DNA from: Mobula hypostoma
Taxonomy: Eukaryota
NCBI RefSeq assembly: GCF_963921235.1
Contig: NC_086097.1
Coordinates: forward strand, 151,964,001 to 152,028,000
Reading direction: 5' to 3'
DNA length: 64,000 nt
Shown here: one piece after another, positions 13,700 to 26,500 of the stretch
How positions within the stretch are numbered: position 1 is the first letter of the stretch
How the letters are laid out: every line of letters begins with the position of its first letter
The notes under the pieces: generated by a model
The model's input: only the letters and a program-made list of their open reading frames with translations
Database searches by the model: none
What the model was told of the DNA's origin: nothing
Made by a program: the position numbers and the translations under genes

Positions 13700-14330
13700 A
13701 TCTATTCTTAATTATCAGCAAAGTGAGGGAAACCATTGTCAAGAGTGTTATCAAGCAGTCTACCTCGTCAATAACCTAGTCACCAAGGTCCCATTTGGCC
13801 TTTGACAAAGCCATTCAGTTCATTGAAGCTTTGGGTCCAAGCATGAAGCAAAGAGCTGAATTCCAGAAGTGATGTGAGAATGACTGACCCTGACAGCAAG
13901 GTAGGGTTTGATAGCTTGTGACATCATGAAGTTCAATAGAACTACAGCCATTGGATATCATTGGAATAGTACTCAGTGACCAGAATTATTCCTTGTGCAA
14001 TTTATGAATGTTTGAAGTCAATCATTCCAGGCCAAAGTCATTATTGCAGAACCTATTCAGGGCAGTGACTAAAGCCCAACTCATTCATTAATGACTTTCC
14101 TTTCAACATAAGGTCAGATTTGAAGATGTTTGCTATTCATAATTTCTCAACAAATGAAGGACTCCATGCTTGCATCAGGCAAGACCTCGATGACAATCAG
14201 GCTGGTTTAATAGGTAGCACGCAACATCTGTGCCATAAAAGTGTTAGAAAATGGCCAACTCCAACAAAATGGTGTCTGTCCATCTGCCCTTTGCATTCAA
14301 CAAAATTACTGTCATTGTGTCCTATAGGCA
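13700..14330 (+). mobile_element. Ancient, highly decayed CR1-group RT fragment
   Basis: Residual ISKV..., D-K-GFD-L-H, QGS-L-P and MFA-like motifs in RT order. Confidence 0.5.
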
Positions 14331-14714
14331 TCATCATCTTCTCAATAGAAAATTGCAATGGATAATAAACAATGGTTTTTCTCTGAAATGACATTATTGA
14401 CAACTCTTCTCTCTTAATAACATTACATACAGTATTTTCTTTATATGCCATGGATTATGACCACAAAAGAGTTAAAGGAGATCCAGGTAACCAAGCAAGT
14501 GAAATGTATTAATACTATTCTTACTTTGATGCAAATCAAAACACAAAATCAGATGTGCAAGAACAGATTCACTTAGGCAGCTTTATTTAAAGTCTGTCAG
14601 TGTTATGAATTGAATTAAACATGACTATTTCCAATATATATTCAGATGCTGCAGTGCTGTTGGATATAAGTTTAACCATGCAAAACTAGAATTGTGTGCA
14701 CATATATACACACA

Positions 14715-15375
14715 CCCCAGTCCTCTTTGAGAAGTGCAAATGGTGAACAACTTTAAGTTCTTAGGCATCAACATCTCTGAGGATCCGTCCCAGGCCCAAC
14801 ACATTGATGCAATCACGAGGAAGGCAAGTTAGCAGCTATACTTCGTAAGGAGTTTGAGGAGATTTGGTAGGTCAGCAAAGATTCTAGCAAATTCCTACAG
14901 ATGTACAATAGAGAGCATTCTGACTGCTTACAACACAGCTTGGTATGGAAGCTCCAACATGCAGGATTACAAGAAGCTGTAGATGATTGTAGACTAAGCC
15001 AATTCCATCACGGCAAATCCTTCTTCATTATCAAAGACATCTTCAAGCGGTGGTGCCTCAAAAAGGTGGCATTCGTCATTAAAGACCGTCACCATGGAAG
15101 ACATGCCCTCTTCACATTACTACCACCAGAGAGAAGGTACGGGAGCCTGAAGGCCCATACTCATCATTTAATGAACAGCTTTTTCCCCTCCATCATCAGA
15201 TTTCTGAACTGTCCATGAACCCATGAATACTACCTCATTCTTTGTTTTTTGCACTGTTTTATTTATTTTTGTAACTTATAGTAATTTTTATGTCTTGTAC
15301 TGTACAGCTGCCACAAAACAATAAATTTCACAACATTTGTCAGTGATAATAAACCTAATTCTGGTTCTGTTTCTG
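14715..15375 (+). mobile_element. Rex1/Babar-type LINE, 3' portion
   Basis: FKFLGINISED, QLYFVRSLRRFG, HALFTLLPPERRYGSL and NSFFPSIIRFLN motifs. Tail aataaacctaattctggttctg. Confidence 0.85.
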
Positions 15376-15554
15376 TATGGACAGACTAAGAAAACAGCAG
15401 AAATAAAACTTTGGAATTAAATGGACGCATATTTATACAGCTTCTTGCTACTAGTTAAACATTTTTTTGACTATGCCATTAACTTGCTCCTTCCACTCCT
15501 TTGTGACAATATCCTCTCCTTTGACTATTGTGTCTCAAGAATCACTCCAGTCAA

Positions 15555-15845
15555 CTGGGGGAATTCACTGCTTTGTTGGAGATGCTACTTTCTGTAGAAG
15601 GTAATAAAACTGTCCTTTCCAATGAATACAAAGGTCTTGAAGGCACGATTTGAAAAGACTTCAATCTTGGCCAATATTTGTTCCTTAGCCAACACCGAGA
15701 ACAGATATCAGTTCATTCATTGCGAGTAGCATTTTCTATGCAAACCTGTTGTCCCAGTTCTTACAGTTCAACAAAGACTGGAGGGATGTCCTGAAATTGA
15801 ATTTTAGATAAAGTTTGTTATGACATAAAAGCAAGCAATTTTCAA
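15555..15845 (+). mobile_element. Ancient Deu-domain SINE relic (SacSINE1/AmnSINE1-like)
   Basis: Ordered blocks tgttggagatgc, ggcacgatttgaa, tggccaatatttgttcctt, aacagatat and gggatgtcctga follow the Deu-SINE core as recalled. Confidence 0.6.
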
Positions 15846-16019
15846 CCATCTCTACTATCATCACTATCAATTTTCTCTCTTTTCCAAAGTCTGACATATT
15901 TTTAAAGTGCTGTAAATGCTAATGGTGTTAACAGCAAATTATTGTTGGCACTAATGAGGAGGAAATCATGGAGCAGACTTAGAGAGAAGGAGATTACAGT
16001 GAAGTTACAGAGAAAGTTT

Positions 16020-16440
16020 GAAGAAGTTGGGTCTTTATTCTCTGGAACGTAGAAGGTTGAGGGGGGGACGAGAGAGGTATTTAAAATTATGAGGGGAAGA
16101 GATAGAGTTGACGTGGATAGGCTTTTTCCATTGAGAGTGGTGAGATTCAAATAAGAGGACATGAGTTGAGAGTTAAAGGGAAAAAGTTTAGGGGTAACAT
16201 GAGGGGGAACTTCTTTACTCAGAGAGTGGTAGCTGTGTGAAATGAGCTTCCAGCAGAAGTGGTTGAGGCAGGTTCGATGTTGTTGTTTAAAGTTAAATTG
16301 GACAGCTACATGGACAGGAAAGGAATGGAGGGTTATGGGCTGAGTGCAGGTTGGTGGGACTAGGTGAGAGTAAGAGTTCGGCATGGACTAGAAGGGCCGA
16401 GATGGCCTGTTTCCGTGCTGTAATTGTTATATGGTTATAT
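16020..16440 (+). mobile_element. CR1 3' fragment
   Basis: LYSLERRRLRG, RGHELR and GNFFTQRVV motifs. GTTATATG tail. Confidence 0.88.
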
Positions 16441-18220
16441 AGGAGATATGACAAGCAAAAACAAAGACAGAATAGCTTTGACTCAGAAGAAAAAAAATTC
16501 AGGCAGCATTTAAAGGGAAAGAGAAATAAAGAAGTCAGATAAAAGTGTTTTCATTGTTTTTTCACCACACAAAGGAAGAGAGATGAAAGAATGTACAAAT
16601 TAGAAATTATAGCCTTCACTCCATCCAACAGATGACTACCCAGTCTCTCATTTGATTTCCTAAATTCGAAGTTCATAATTGAAAGTAAACTTATTATTAA
16701 ATATTCTGTACTCTTTTCACGAGCTCATGTACTTGTGGAAGGTATGATCTGCCTGCATTGCTTGCAAACAAAGCTTTTCACTATCTCAGTACACGTGACA
16801 ATGATAAACCAATAATAACAATCAGGTAAGTTACTTTTAGAAATCACCAGTGATAATACATTGTAATTTTCTTTTTTATTTGTCATCTTTTTAAATTGCA
16901 CAGTATCAAAATAATATCAACCACACTCTCTATAAGAAATGTACCTCTTAGGTCCCCTTTAAAGCTTCCTCCCCTTAGCTTAAACCAATGACCCCTTGTT
17001 ATTGATACCTCTAAGGATGTAGCGTAGAGGTATCGATATTGGAATTGATAAAGCAATATTCTATGCACATATTCACGTTCTGTTCTTACACAATTCCATA
17101 TACTCTTTCTTGAAAATGTGAAGATTTTCAGGTCCTGAATGGGCTTTACCTAGGCAGATGCTTATTATAGTTCATTATTTATTCTCTTGTTCTTTCTTAT
17201 TGGACACTTAGAGCGGTAGGGATGCCAGACAGGATAATGGAACACTTTTCTTGTGGGAAGTCCTTGATGACTACACCTGTAAGAAATTCATCCAGCTGCA
17301 GCTTCTAACAGACCGTGTCAAGGATTTGAAGCTGGAACTGAATGAACTCTAGATTATTCTGGAGGCTGAGGGGTTGATAGAGAGGACATACAGGGAGGTA
17401 GTTACACCCAATATACAGGACACAAGTTAGAGGGTTACCATCAGGAGAGGGAAAGGGGATAGGAGGCCTGTGCAGAGTGCACCTATGGCCATTCCCTTCA
17501 ACAACAGGTGTACCATTTTGGATACTATTAGGGGTGGGGGGGGGGATGGATGACTTAGCAGAGGAAAACCACAGCATTCAGTGGCACTGAGTCTGGCTTT
17601 GTGGCTCAGAAGAGAAGAGGTGAGCTGTAGAGATAGGGATTCGTTGGTTGGGGAATAGACAGGAGGTTCGGTGGAGGAGAATAATTACTTTTTCATTGAC
17701 TCTCGATTAGTTTCATCTGTTACAGCCTGTAAGTATGATACAATTGCCGTCTCTGATCATGCACCCCTGAAACTATCAATCAAATTAACTGATGTAACTT
17801 TCAGTGCTAGACAATGGCGGTTCAATTCTACTCTGCTTCAGGACTTAAAGTTTGTTAGCTTTATTAAAGAACAGATTGCCTTTTTCTTCTCAACTAATTT
17901 TATGGAAGAAATTTCCAGTGGGATATTATGGGACACTTTTAAAGTATATATCCGTGGGCAAATTATTTCATATTCTGCTGGATTGAAAAAATGAATTAAT
18001 AATGAAATGCGTACATTGGTTGATAAAGTTAAAGAAATTGATAAAAGATATTCTGCTGGTCCTAATTTGGAGCTTTACAAAAAAGAGAGTTGAACTTCAG
18101 ATGCAACACGGTTTGTTATTAACATCCCCAATTGAAAATCAGTTACTTAAAACTAAGAGCAACACACATCAAAGTTGCTGGTGAATGCAGCAGGCCAGGC
18201 ATCACATCTAGGAAGAGGCA

Positions 18221-18258
18221 CAGTCTACGTTTCGGGCCAAGACCCTCCGTCAGGACTA
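18221..18258 (-). ncRNA. Minimal type I hammerhead ribozyme motif of the Penelope terminus (core variant)
   Basis: Minus strand reads UAGUC-CUGACGGA-GGGUCUUGGCCC-GAAA-CGUA-GACUG: stem I, a CUGAnGA-like core with one change, stem II and GAAA. Confidence 0.65.
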
Positions 18259-18480
18259 ACAGAAGGAAGAGCTAGTAAGAGATTTGAAAGTGGGAGGGGG
18301 AGGGGGAGATGCAAAATGATAGGAGAAGACAGGAGGGGGAGGGATGGAGCCAAGCGCTGGACAGGTAATTGGCAAAAGGGGTATGAGAGGATCATGGGAC
18401 AGGAGGCCCAGGGAGAAGGAAAAGGGGGAGGGAGGGAAAACCCCAGAGGATGGGCAAGGGGTATAGTCAGAGGGAGAAAA

Positions 18481-18728
<248 letters not shown>

Positions 18729-18820
18729 TGTGTGTATATAAATAAATAACGGATGGGGTAAAGGGGGAGGTGGGGCATTAGCAGAAGTTAGAGAAGTCAA
18801 TGCTCATGCCATCAGGTTGG

Positions 18821-19226
18821 TGATTATTAGTAAGTACAGAAGCCAAAGGTATATGATATATCAATTTAATCCAAGATAATGAATTTTGGGCTAAAATTGA
18901 ATTTCTCAAAGATGTTAAATAAATATTCCCATTCAACTTTATCAAACGCCTTCTTGGCATCAAGCAAAATAACACATTCTGGAGTTTTAGATGAAGTATA
19001 TATAATGTTCATCAACCTCCTAATATTAAAATACAAATAATGATTTTAATAAATCCTGTCTGGTCATCAGAGCGAATTTGTGGCAATACATTTTCCAATC
19101 TAATTGCTAATATTTTGGAAAAACTTTTGGAGTCCTCATTTAACAAGGATATAGGTCTATATGATGCACATTCAGTGGTGTCTTTATCTTTTTTAGGAAT
19201 TAAAGAAATAGATGCTTCATAAAAAG
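18821..19226 (-). repeat. Inverted copy of the host L1 segment 19741-20149
   Basis: The reverse complement aligns end to end, with about 17 substitutions and 3 small indels by manual count. Confidence 0.95.
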
Positions 19227-22200
19227 TTCACCAGCAACTTTGATGTGTGTTGCTTGAATTTCCATCATCTGCAGAATTCCTCGTGGTTACGACTTAATAC
19301 TAAGAGTCAATTTTAGGTACATGGTGATAAATCGGGTAAATTGCTGGTCAACCAATTGAAAGCTGCTTCGGCAAAATGTCAGATTATTGAAGTTGGTAAA
19401 CGGGATGGTACTTTGACTGTTGACCACGACAAAATTAATAAATCTTTTCAAGAATTCTATACCTCTTTATACCAATCAGAATTTCCTGACGGTTCTACCA
19501 TAATGCATGAATTTTTAAGAAAATTGAATATTCCGAAATTACCACTTAATGAATGTTTAACATTAGATGCACCCATTATGGAAGAAGAAATAAAGAAAGC
19601 AATTTCATCGATGAATTCTAGTAAAGCACCCAGCCTGGATGGATATACAGTAGCATTTTTAATATCTTTTTCAAGTCTACTTTCTCCTTGGTTATGTAGA
19701 ATTTTTAAAGATGCCTTATTTGTAGGTAAATTATCACAATCTTTTTATGAAGCATCTATTTCTTTAATTCCTAAAAAAGATAAAGACCCCACTGAATGTG
19801 CATCATATAGACCCATATCCTGGTTAAATGTGGACTCCAAAAGTTTTTCCAAAATATTAGCAATTAGATTAGAAAATGTATTGCCACAAATTGGCTCTGA
19901 TGACCAGACAGGATTTATTAAAAATCATTATTCATATTTTAATGTTAGGAGGTTGATGAACATTGTATATACTTCTTCATCTAAAACTCCAGAATGTGTT
20001 ATTTTGCTTGATGTCAAGGAAGTGTTTGATAGAGTTGAATAGGAATATTTATTTAACATCTTTGAGAAATTCATTTTAGCCCAAAATTCATTATCTTGGA
20101 TTAAATTGATATATCATATATCTTTGGCTTCTGTACTTACTAATAATCAGAGATCCTCCTTTTTTTAGGCTTTTTTGAGGTACTAGACAGGGCTGTCCTT
20201 TAAGCCCTTTACTATTTGATATTGCCTTGGAGCCCTTGGCAATCGCTCCTTGTGATTCACCCAATATATTCGGCATCATTTGTGGGAATGAGACACATAA
20301 GGTATCATTATTTGCAGATGACCTGTTACTATACATCTCTAATCCAGAGAAATCCATCCCTGCAGTAATATTATTACTTGCTGGTTAGTTTTTCTGGTTA
20401 TTAATTGAATCTTAATAAGAGTGAGCTTTTTCTATTAAATATGCAAGTCCCAATCTATAGACAATCACCATTTTGACTGGTTACTGACTATTTTACCTAT
20501 TTGGATGTTAAAATTACTTAAGAAGCATAAGGATCTATTTAAAGTTAACTTTTTACCCTTAATTGATCATGTTAAACAACTGCTTACTAAATGGTCCCCA
20601 TTGTCCCTATCATTGATTGGTCGAATCAATGCTATTAAGATGATTATTTAGCCTAAATTTCTGTATCTATTTTAGGCGGTACCAATCTTCATATCTAAAT
20701 CCTTTTTTGATATTATTGATTCTAAAATTTATTCATATATATGGCAGAATAAAAAATCCTAGATTAAAAAATATTTACAGAAATCTAAAAAGGATGGTGG
20801 TTTGGCATTGCTGAACTTTAGATTCTGTTATTGGGTAATTAATATCTGATATCTAACATTCTGGACACAAGATTTGGATGAAGTTCAATGTCCATGACAG
20901 GTGAACCTTGAGTGAGAGTCTGTACAGGGGTTCTCATTGGCTTCTATTTTAGGGTTTTCACTTCCCTTTGCACTTACTAATCTGAATAAACAAACGATTA
21001 ATCCAATAATTAAACATAAAATACGAATATGGTTTCAATTTCATAAATTTTTTGGATTGAATAAATTTATCCTATCAAGTCCTATTTTATCCAATTTTTT
21101 CTTCCAACCATCCAGAACTGATCAAGCTTTACTTTTATGGAAAATGAAGGGAATAATATGTTTTCGTGATTTATTCATGGATAATTGTCTCATGTCCTTT
21201 GAACAGTTGTCTAATAAATATTATTTGCCTAGATCACATTTTCTCAGATATTTGCAGATTAGAAACTTTTAAGGTTATTTTACCTACTTTTCCGATATCA
21301 CATCAAACTGAAATTACAGAAAATATTTTAGGTTTAAACCCCTATCAGAAGAGTTTAATAGCATTTGTTTATGATTTAATTTCAAAAATATGTTTAGGTA
21401 TGCCTGACAAAATTATAAATGGGAAGGAGAACTTCAGGTATCTTTACCATAGAGAAATGGGAGAAAATTCTCTAACTAGTTAACACTTCTTCAATGTTTT
21501 GATACAATTTAAGGTATGTCTAAAGATAAGTTAGCTTGTTTTTATGGTCATATAAATCCTGTCTGTGACAGGTGTAATTCTGAAGTAGCTTCCTTGACAC
21601 ATATGTTCTGGTCTTGCCCTCATTTGGAAAAATATTGGAAAGACATTTTTGATATTATTTATTTCAGTAGTTTTGCATATTGATTTACCACCTCATCCTA
21701 TTACTGCAATTTTTGGACTACCAATGATAGACTTCAGCCATTTATCCCCTTCAGCTTGTCATTTGATTGCATTTGTTACGTTAATAGCCAGAAGATCCAT
21801 TTTATTTAAATAGAAAGATTGTAATCACCCTACTACATTTCAATGGTTTTCCCAAACTTTAACATGTTTAAATTTGGAAAAAAATTAGGAGTGGTACCAC
21901 TGATCGTTCGGTTAAATTTGAAGAAACATGGAGGCCATTTAGTCAACATTTTCATATGATGTAAGCTGACCTTTTCCGAATCCTTTTTAATAACTTTTCG
22001 TTTGTGTATAGAGGAGCGGAGTTAATGACAAATAATGATCTTAACCGATGGAATATGGCAGCCCAGTCTTTATTTTGTTTTTTTTTGAGTGTAGGGGGTA
22101 AAAACTTAAAAAAAATCTTTTTCATCTTCAGTTATTAAGGGATTGGGAGGTTTAACTTAAATATGTTACTCGGAATCTGTGTCGGTATACGTTAACCGTT

Positions 22201-23419
22201 ACTAATGTAATCCCGATCTCTCTATTATTATCATTGTTATGTTTATCAATTTGAAACTCAATAAAAAAGATTGAAAAAGGAAAGAGAATGAGATTCATGA
22301 ATATATTGTTTTCTGCTGTGTGCTAGGGTCAGGGACATCTTGAATTGAGTCCACACCATTCTGAAGTGGAAGGGTGAGTATCTAGAGGTAGTAGGCCATG
22401 TCGGAACCAATGACACGGTTAGAATGGGTGACGAGGTCCTGCAAAGTGAGTTCAGTGAGTTTGGTGCTAAGTTAAAGGACAGGACCCACAGGGTTGTGAT
22501 CTCAGGATTGCTACCATGCCACTTGTTAGTAAGGCCAGAAATAGGAAGATCATACAGTTTAATATACGGCTAACAAGTTGGTGCAGGAGGGAAGGCTTCA
22601 GATTTTTGGATCATTGGGCTCTCTTCCAGGGAAGATGGGTCCTGTACAGAAGGGACAGTTTGCAGGAGGGGGCTAATATCCAAGTGGGAAGGTTTGCTAG
22701 TGCTACACTGGTGGTGTGGTGTTAAGCCAAGTTTCAGGGAACTGGAGTGCCAGAACAGATAGTGAAGTGGTTGTGGAGAAAGTTGTTGTTAAACCTAGAT
22801 ACACATTTAGGAATCAAAAGATTGAGCATGGCTGGAGTAATGTTCAGAGCTGCATATATTTCAAAGCAAGGAGCACTGTAGGAAAGGTGAATGAACCTAG
22901 GGCATGGATCAGCATGTGGAATTATGACATTGTAGACATTAGTGAGACTTGGTTGCAGGAGGACTGACAGCTTACTGTTTTGGGGTTCTGTTGTGCTAGA
23001 CATGATAGAGTAGGAGGGATTAAGGGAGAGGGGTTGAATTACGAGTCAGGGAAAATGTCACGGCAGTGCTCAGTCAGAATAGACTGGAGAGCTTGTCTTG
23101 TGAAGCTTTATGGGTAGAACTGAGGAATGGGAAAAGTATGACCACATTAGTGGGATCTTATAGACCACCCAACAGCCCGATGGATTTAGAGGAGCAGATT
23201 TGTAGAGAGATCACAGACTGTTGCAAGAAATGTTGAGGTTGTGATACTAGATAATTTCAACTTTCTAGACTGGGACTTCCCATACTGTAAAAGGGCTGGA
23301 TAGGAAAGAGTTTGTCAAATATGTACACGCGGGACTCAAACCGCCATCGGGAGCCGCAGGCAGACATGCTGTAGTGCGTTTCGAACTACCCACTCAGGGT
23401 GGACCTTCCGGGGACAGTC

Positions 23420-23427
23420 TGACGTCA
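23420..23427. promoter_or_regulatory. CRE-type palindrome TGACGTCA in the 5' LTR (also at 27455-27462 in the 3' LTR)
   Basis: Exact motif in both LTRs; function untested. Confidence 0.4.
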
Positions 23428-23563
23428 CGTCTGCCCCGAGGGTCGCAAGGGCCCAAGGGAGGGGAGATTTAAGCACATGATTTTGAATCAGTAAAGGCAT
23501 TCTGAGTTCAGCTCTCTCTGCCTCCGTGTGTTTCTTTAGTAGCGCGTTTGCGCGCGACTACAT

Positions 23564-23578
23564 TGGTGACCCCGACGT
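23564..23578 (+). promoter_or_regulatory. Primer binding site complementary to the tRNA-Trp 3' end
   Basis: TGGTGACCCCGACGT lies 1 nt after the LTR-terminal CA. Confidence 0.9.
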
Positions 23579-26500
23579 TCCAGACGGCATCTGGAGCCAG
23601 CGACTCAGCGACCAGCCACGAGTTCGAGCAACTTGCACAGCGTGGTCTCTCTGAAGCTCCCGACTTTCTGGGCCACTCAGCCCCACGTTTGGTTCGAGCA
23701 GACTGAGGCCCAGTTCAATATCAGAGACATTACAGCTGACGCCACGCGGTACTCCTATGTGGTCAGCACGCTCGACCAGGAGACGGCAGGCCAGATCATC
23801 AACGTCCTACGCCAGCCACCAACGGAGGACAGGTACACTAAGCTTAAGGCGCTCCTGATCCGTACCTTCGGACTTTCTCGCCACGAACGGGCTGCACGGC
23901 TCTTACACATAGATGGCCTGGGCGACTGCATGCCATCCGAGCTCATAAATGATATGCTGGCGCTCATGGACAGCCATAAGCTGTGCCTTTTATTTGAACA
24001 GTTGTTCCTTGAGCAAATGCCAGAGGTCATTCGCCTCCTCCTCGCGAGTGAGGATTTCAGCGACCCATGCAGGGTCGCAGCTAAAGCAGACGTCCTTTGG
24101 CAGAGCAAGCAACGTGGAGCAGCCTCCAATGGCCTAGCCATCATCACGCGCCCCAACGCCCAGGCCCTGCAACCAAAGCTGTCGAGACCCACGTGGGAAA
24201 AAGGCGAAAGTTCGGAACAATGGTGTTTCTATCACCAAAGGTGGGGCTCAGGAGTGCGCCGCTGCCGTCCAACATGTGCTTTTCCTGGAAATGCTGGGGC
24301 CAGCAGTCGCTAATGGCTACGACGGCTGGCCACCGAGACAGCCTCCTGTACCTCTGGGACCGACATTCCGGGCAGCGCTTCCTGGTAGACACCAGGGCCG
24401 AAGTCAGCGTACTCCCCCCCTCGAACATGGACACTCGTAACGCAGTCCCAGGCCCCGAACTCACCACTGCAAATGGCACCAGTATTCGGACGTACGGCCT
24501 GCGAACTATCTCACTGCATTTCGGGTCCAGTCGTTTCACTTAGACTTTCACGTTGGCAGCGGTGTCACAGCCACTACTAGGGGCAGATTTCCTATGAGGC
24601 AACTACCTCCTGGTCGACCTAAAAGGCCGGCATTTGGTCCACGCCAAGATGTTCCAGACTTTCCAACTCGGAGAAGCCAAACTATTGGCCCGCCACCTGG
24701 ATTCCGTGACCCTCTCGGGTAACAAATTCGTCAGGGTGTTGGTGGAATTCCCCTCCATAGTCACCCCGCAGTTCTCCACGGCCGAGCCCAACCATGGCGT
24801 GCAGCACCACATCCCCATGCAAGGACCGCGCCGCTGCAGGCCTGAGCTCGCAGGCTCCCACCCGACAAGCTCCACCTCGCCAAGGAGGAGTTCCGTAAGA
24901 TGGAAGAGATGGGAATCGTACGCCGCTGAGACAGCCCATGGACATCCCTGCTGCACATGGTGCCCAAGTCCGCAGGAGGATGGAGGCCCTGCGGAGACTA
25001 CAGAAGACTCAACGACGCCACAATCGCCGACAGATACCCGGTACCCAACATCCAGGACTTCACGGCGAACCTGCACAGAGCGACCATCTTCTCAAAAATC
25101 GACCTGGTCAGGGGATACCATCAGATCCCAGTGCACCCCGACGACGTTCCCAAGACAGCCCTCATCACCCCGTTCAGCTTGCCTTTCAGTCTCAAGATGA
25201 GGCCCAAACTTTCCAAAGGCTCATATACTCGGTGGGATGTGGCCTGGATTTTGTTTTGATTTACTTGGATGATATCCTGGTGGCCAGCAGTTCGCACCAA
25301 AAGCACGTGGCACATTTTGCGCCAGCTCTGCCACCACCTGAGCGACCATGGACTGGCAATCAATCCAGCAAAGTGCCAGTTCGGGCTGACGGAGATCGAC
25401 TTCTTGGGCCACAGAGTCAACCGACATGGCGCAGTTCCCCGACCAGACAAGGTCCAGGCCATCCACCAATTCCCCAAGCCCAGCACGGTCAAGGGCCTGC
25501 AGGAGTTCGTAGGGATGGTCAACTTTTATCATCGGTTCGTGCCGGCGGTGACACGCGTCATGAGACCCTTGTTCAGCCTGGTGGCCGGCAAGGCCAAAGA
25601 AGTGGCACGGGACGCGGAGTCCACGGAGGCATTTGAGCAGGCCAAGGAGGCACTGGCAAAGGTGGCCCTCCTAGTGCACCCGAGAGTCGATGTACCCACG
25701 GCACTCACAGTCGACGCTTCCCACACGGCAGTCGGCGGAGTCCTGGAGCAGCTCGTCGAGGACCAGTGGTGACCACTCACTTTCTTCAGCCGGCACCTAC
25801 GGCCACCAGAATTCACCTCAGGGGCTCCAACTGGACAGCGCTTTCGACAGAGAGTTGCTAGCGCTCTACCCGGCTGTCTGGCATTTCCGGTACTTCCTCG
25901 AGGGAAGGGAGTTCACCCTGTATACAGACAAGCCCTTCACCTTCGCACTGGCCAAGGTATCGGACCCATGGTCGGCTCGGCAGCAGAGGCACCTGTCCTT
26001 TATTTCAGAATTCACCACGGACGTCCACCACATCGCAGGGAAGAACAACGTCGTCACTGACACACTGTCTCGCCCCTGCCTCCACTCAGTAGGCATATCG
26101 TCCTCAGGAATAGACTTCGCAGCACTGGCGGAAGCACAACGGTCGGACATCGAGATCCCAGCTTACTGTACCGCCGTTTCGGGCTCCAGTTGGAGGACGC
26201 CTCCATTGGCCTGGCAGTGGATCATCTCCTGTGCGACATGTCTACCGGCAAACTCCGACCCGTGGTACCAGCAGCATGGAGGCGCCGGGTGTTCGACACG
26301 CTGCACGACTTGGCCCACCCGTCCATCCAGGCGTCCATCAAGCTGGTAGCGGACAGATTCGTCTGGCAAGTTTTGCGCAAATAGGCCAGACATTAGGCCA
26401 GGACCTGCGTACACTGCCAGACCGCTGAAGTCCTGCGGCAGGTGAAGGCTCCCCTCTAGCAGTTCCAGCCCACGCACAGGAGGTTCCAACACATCCATGT

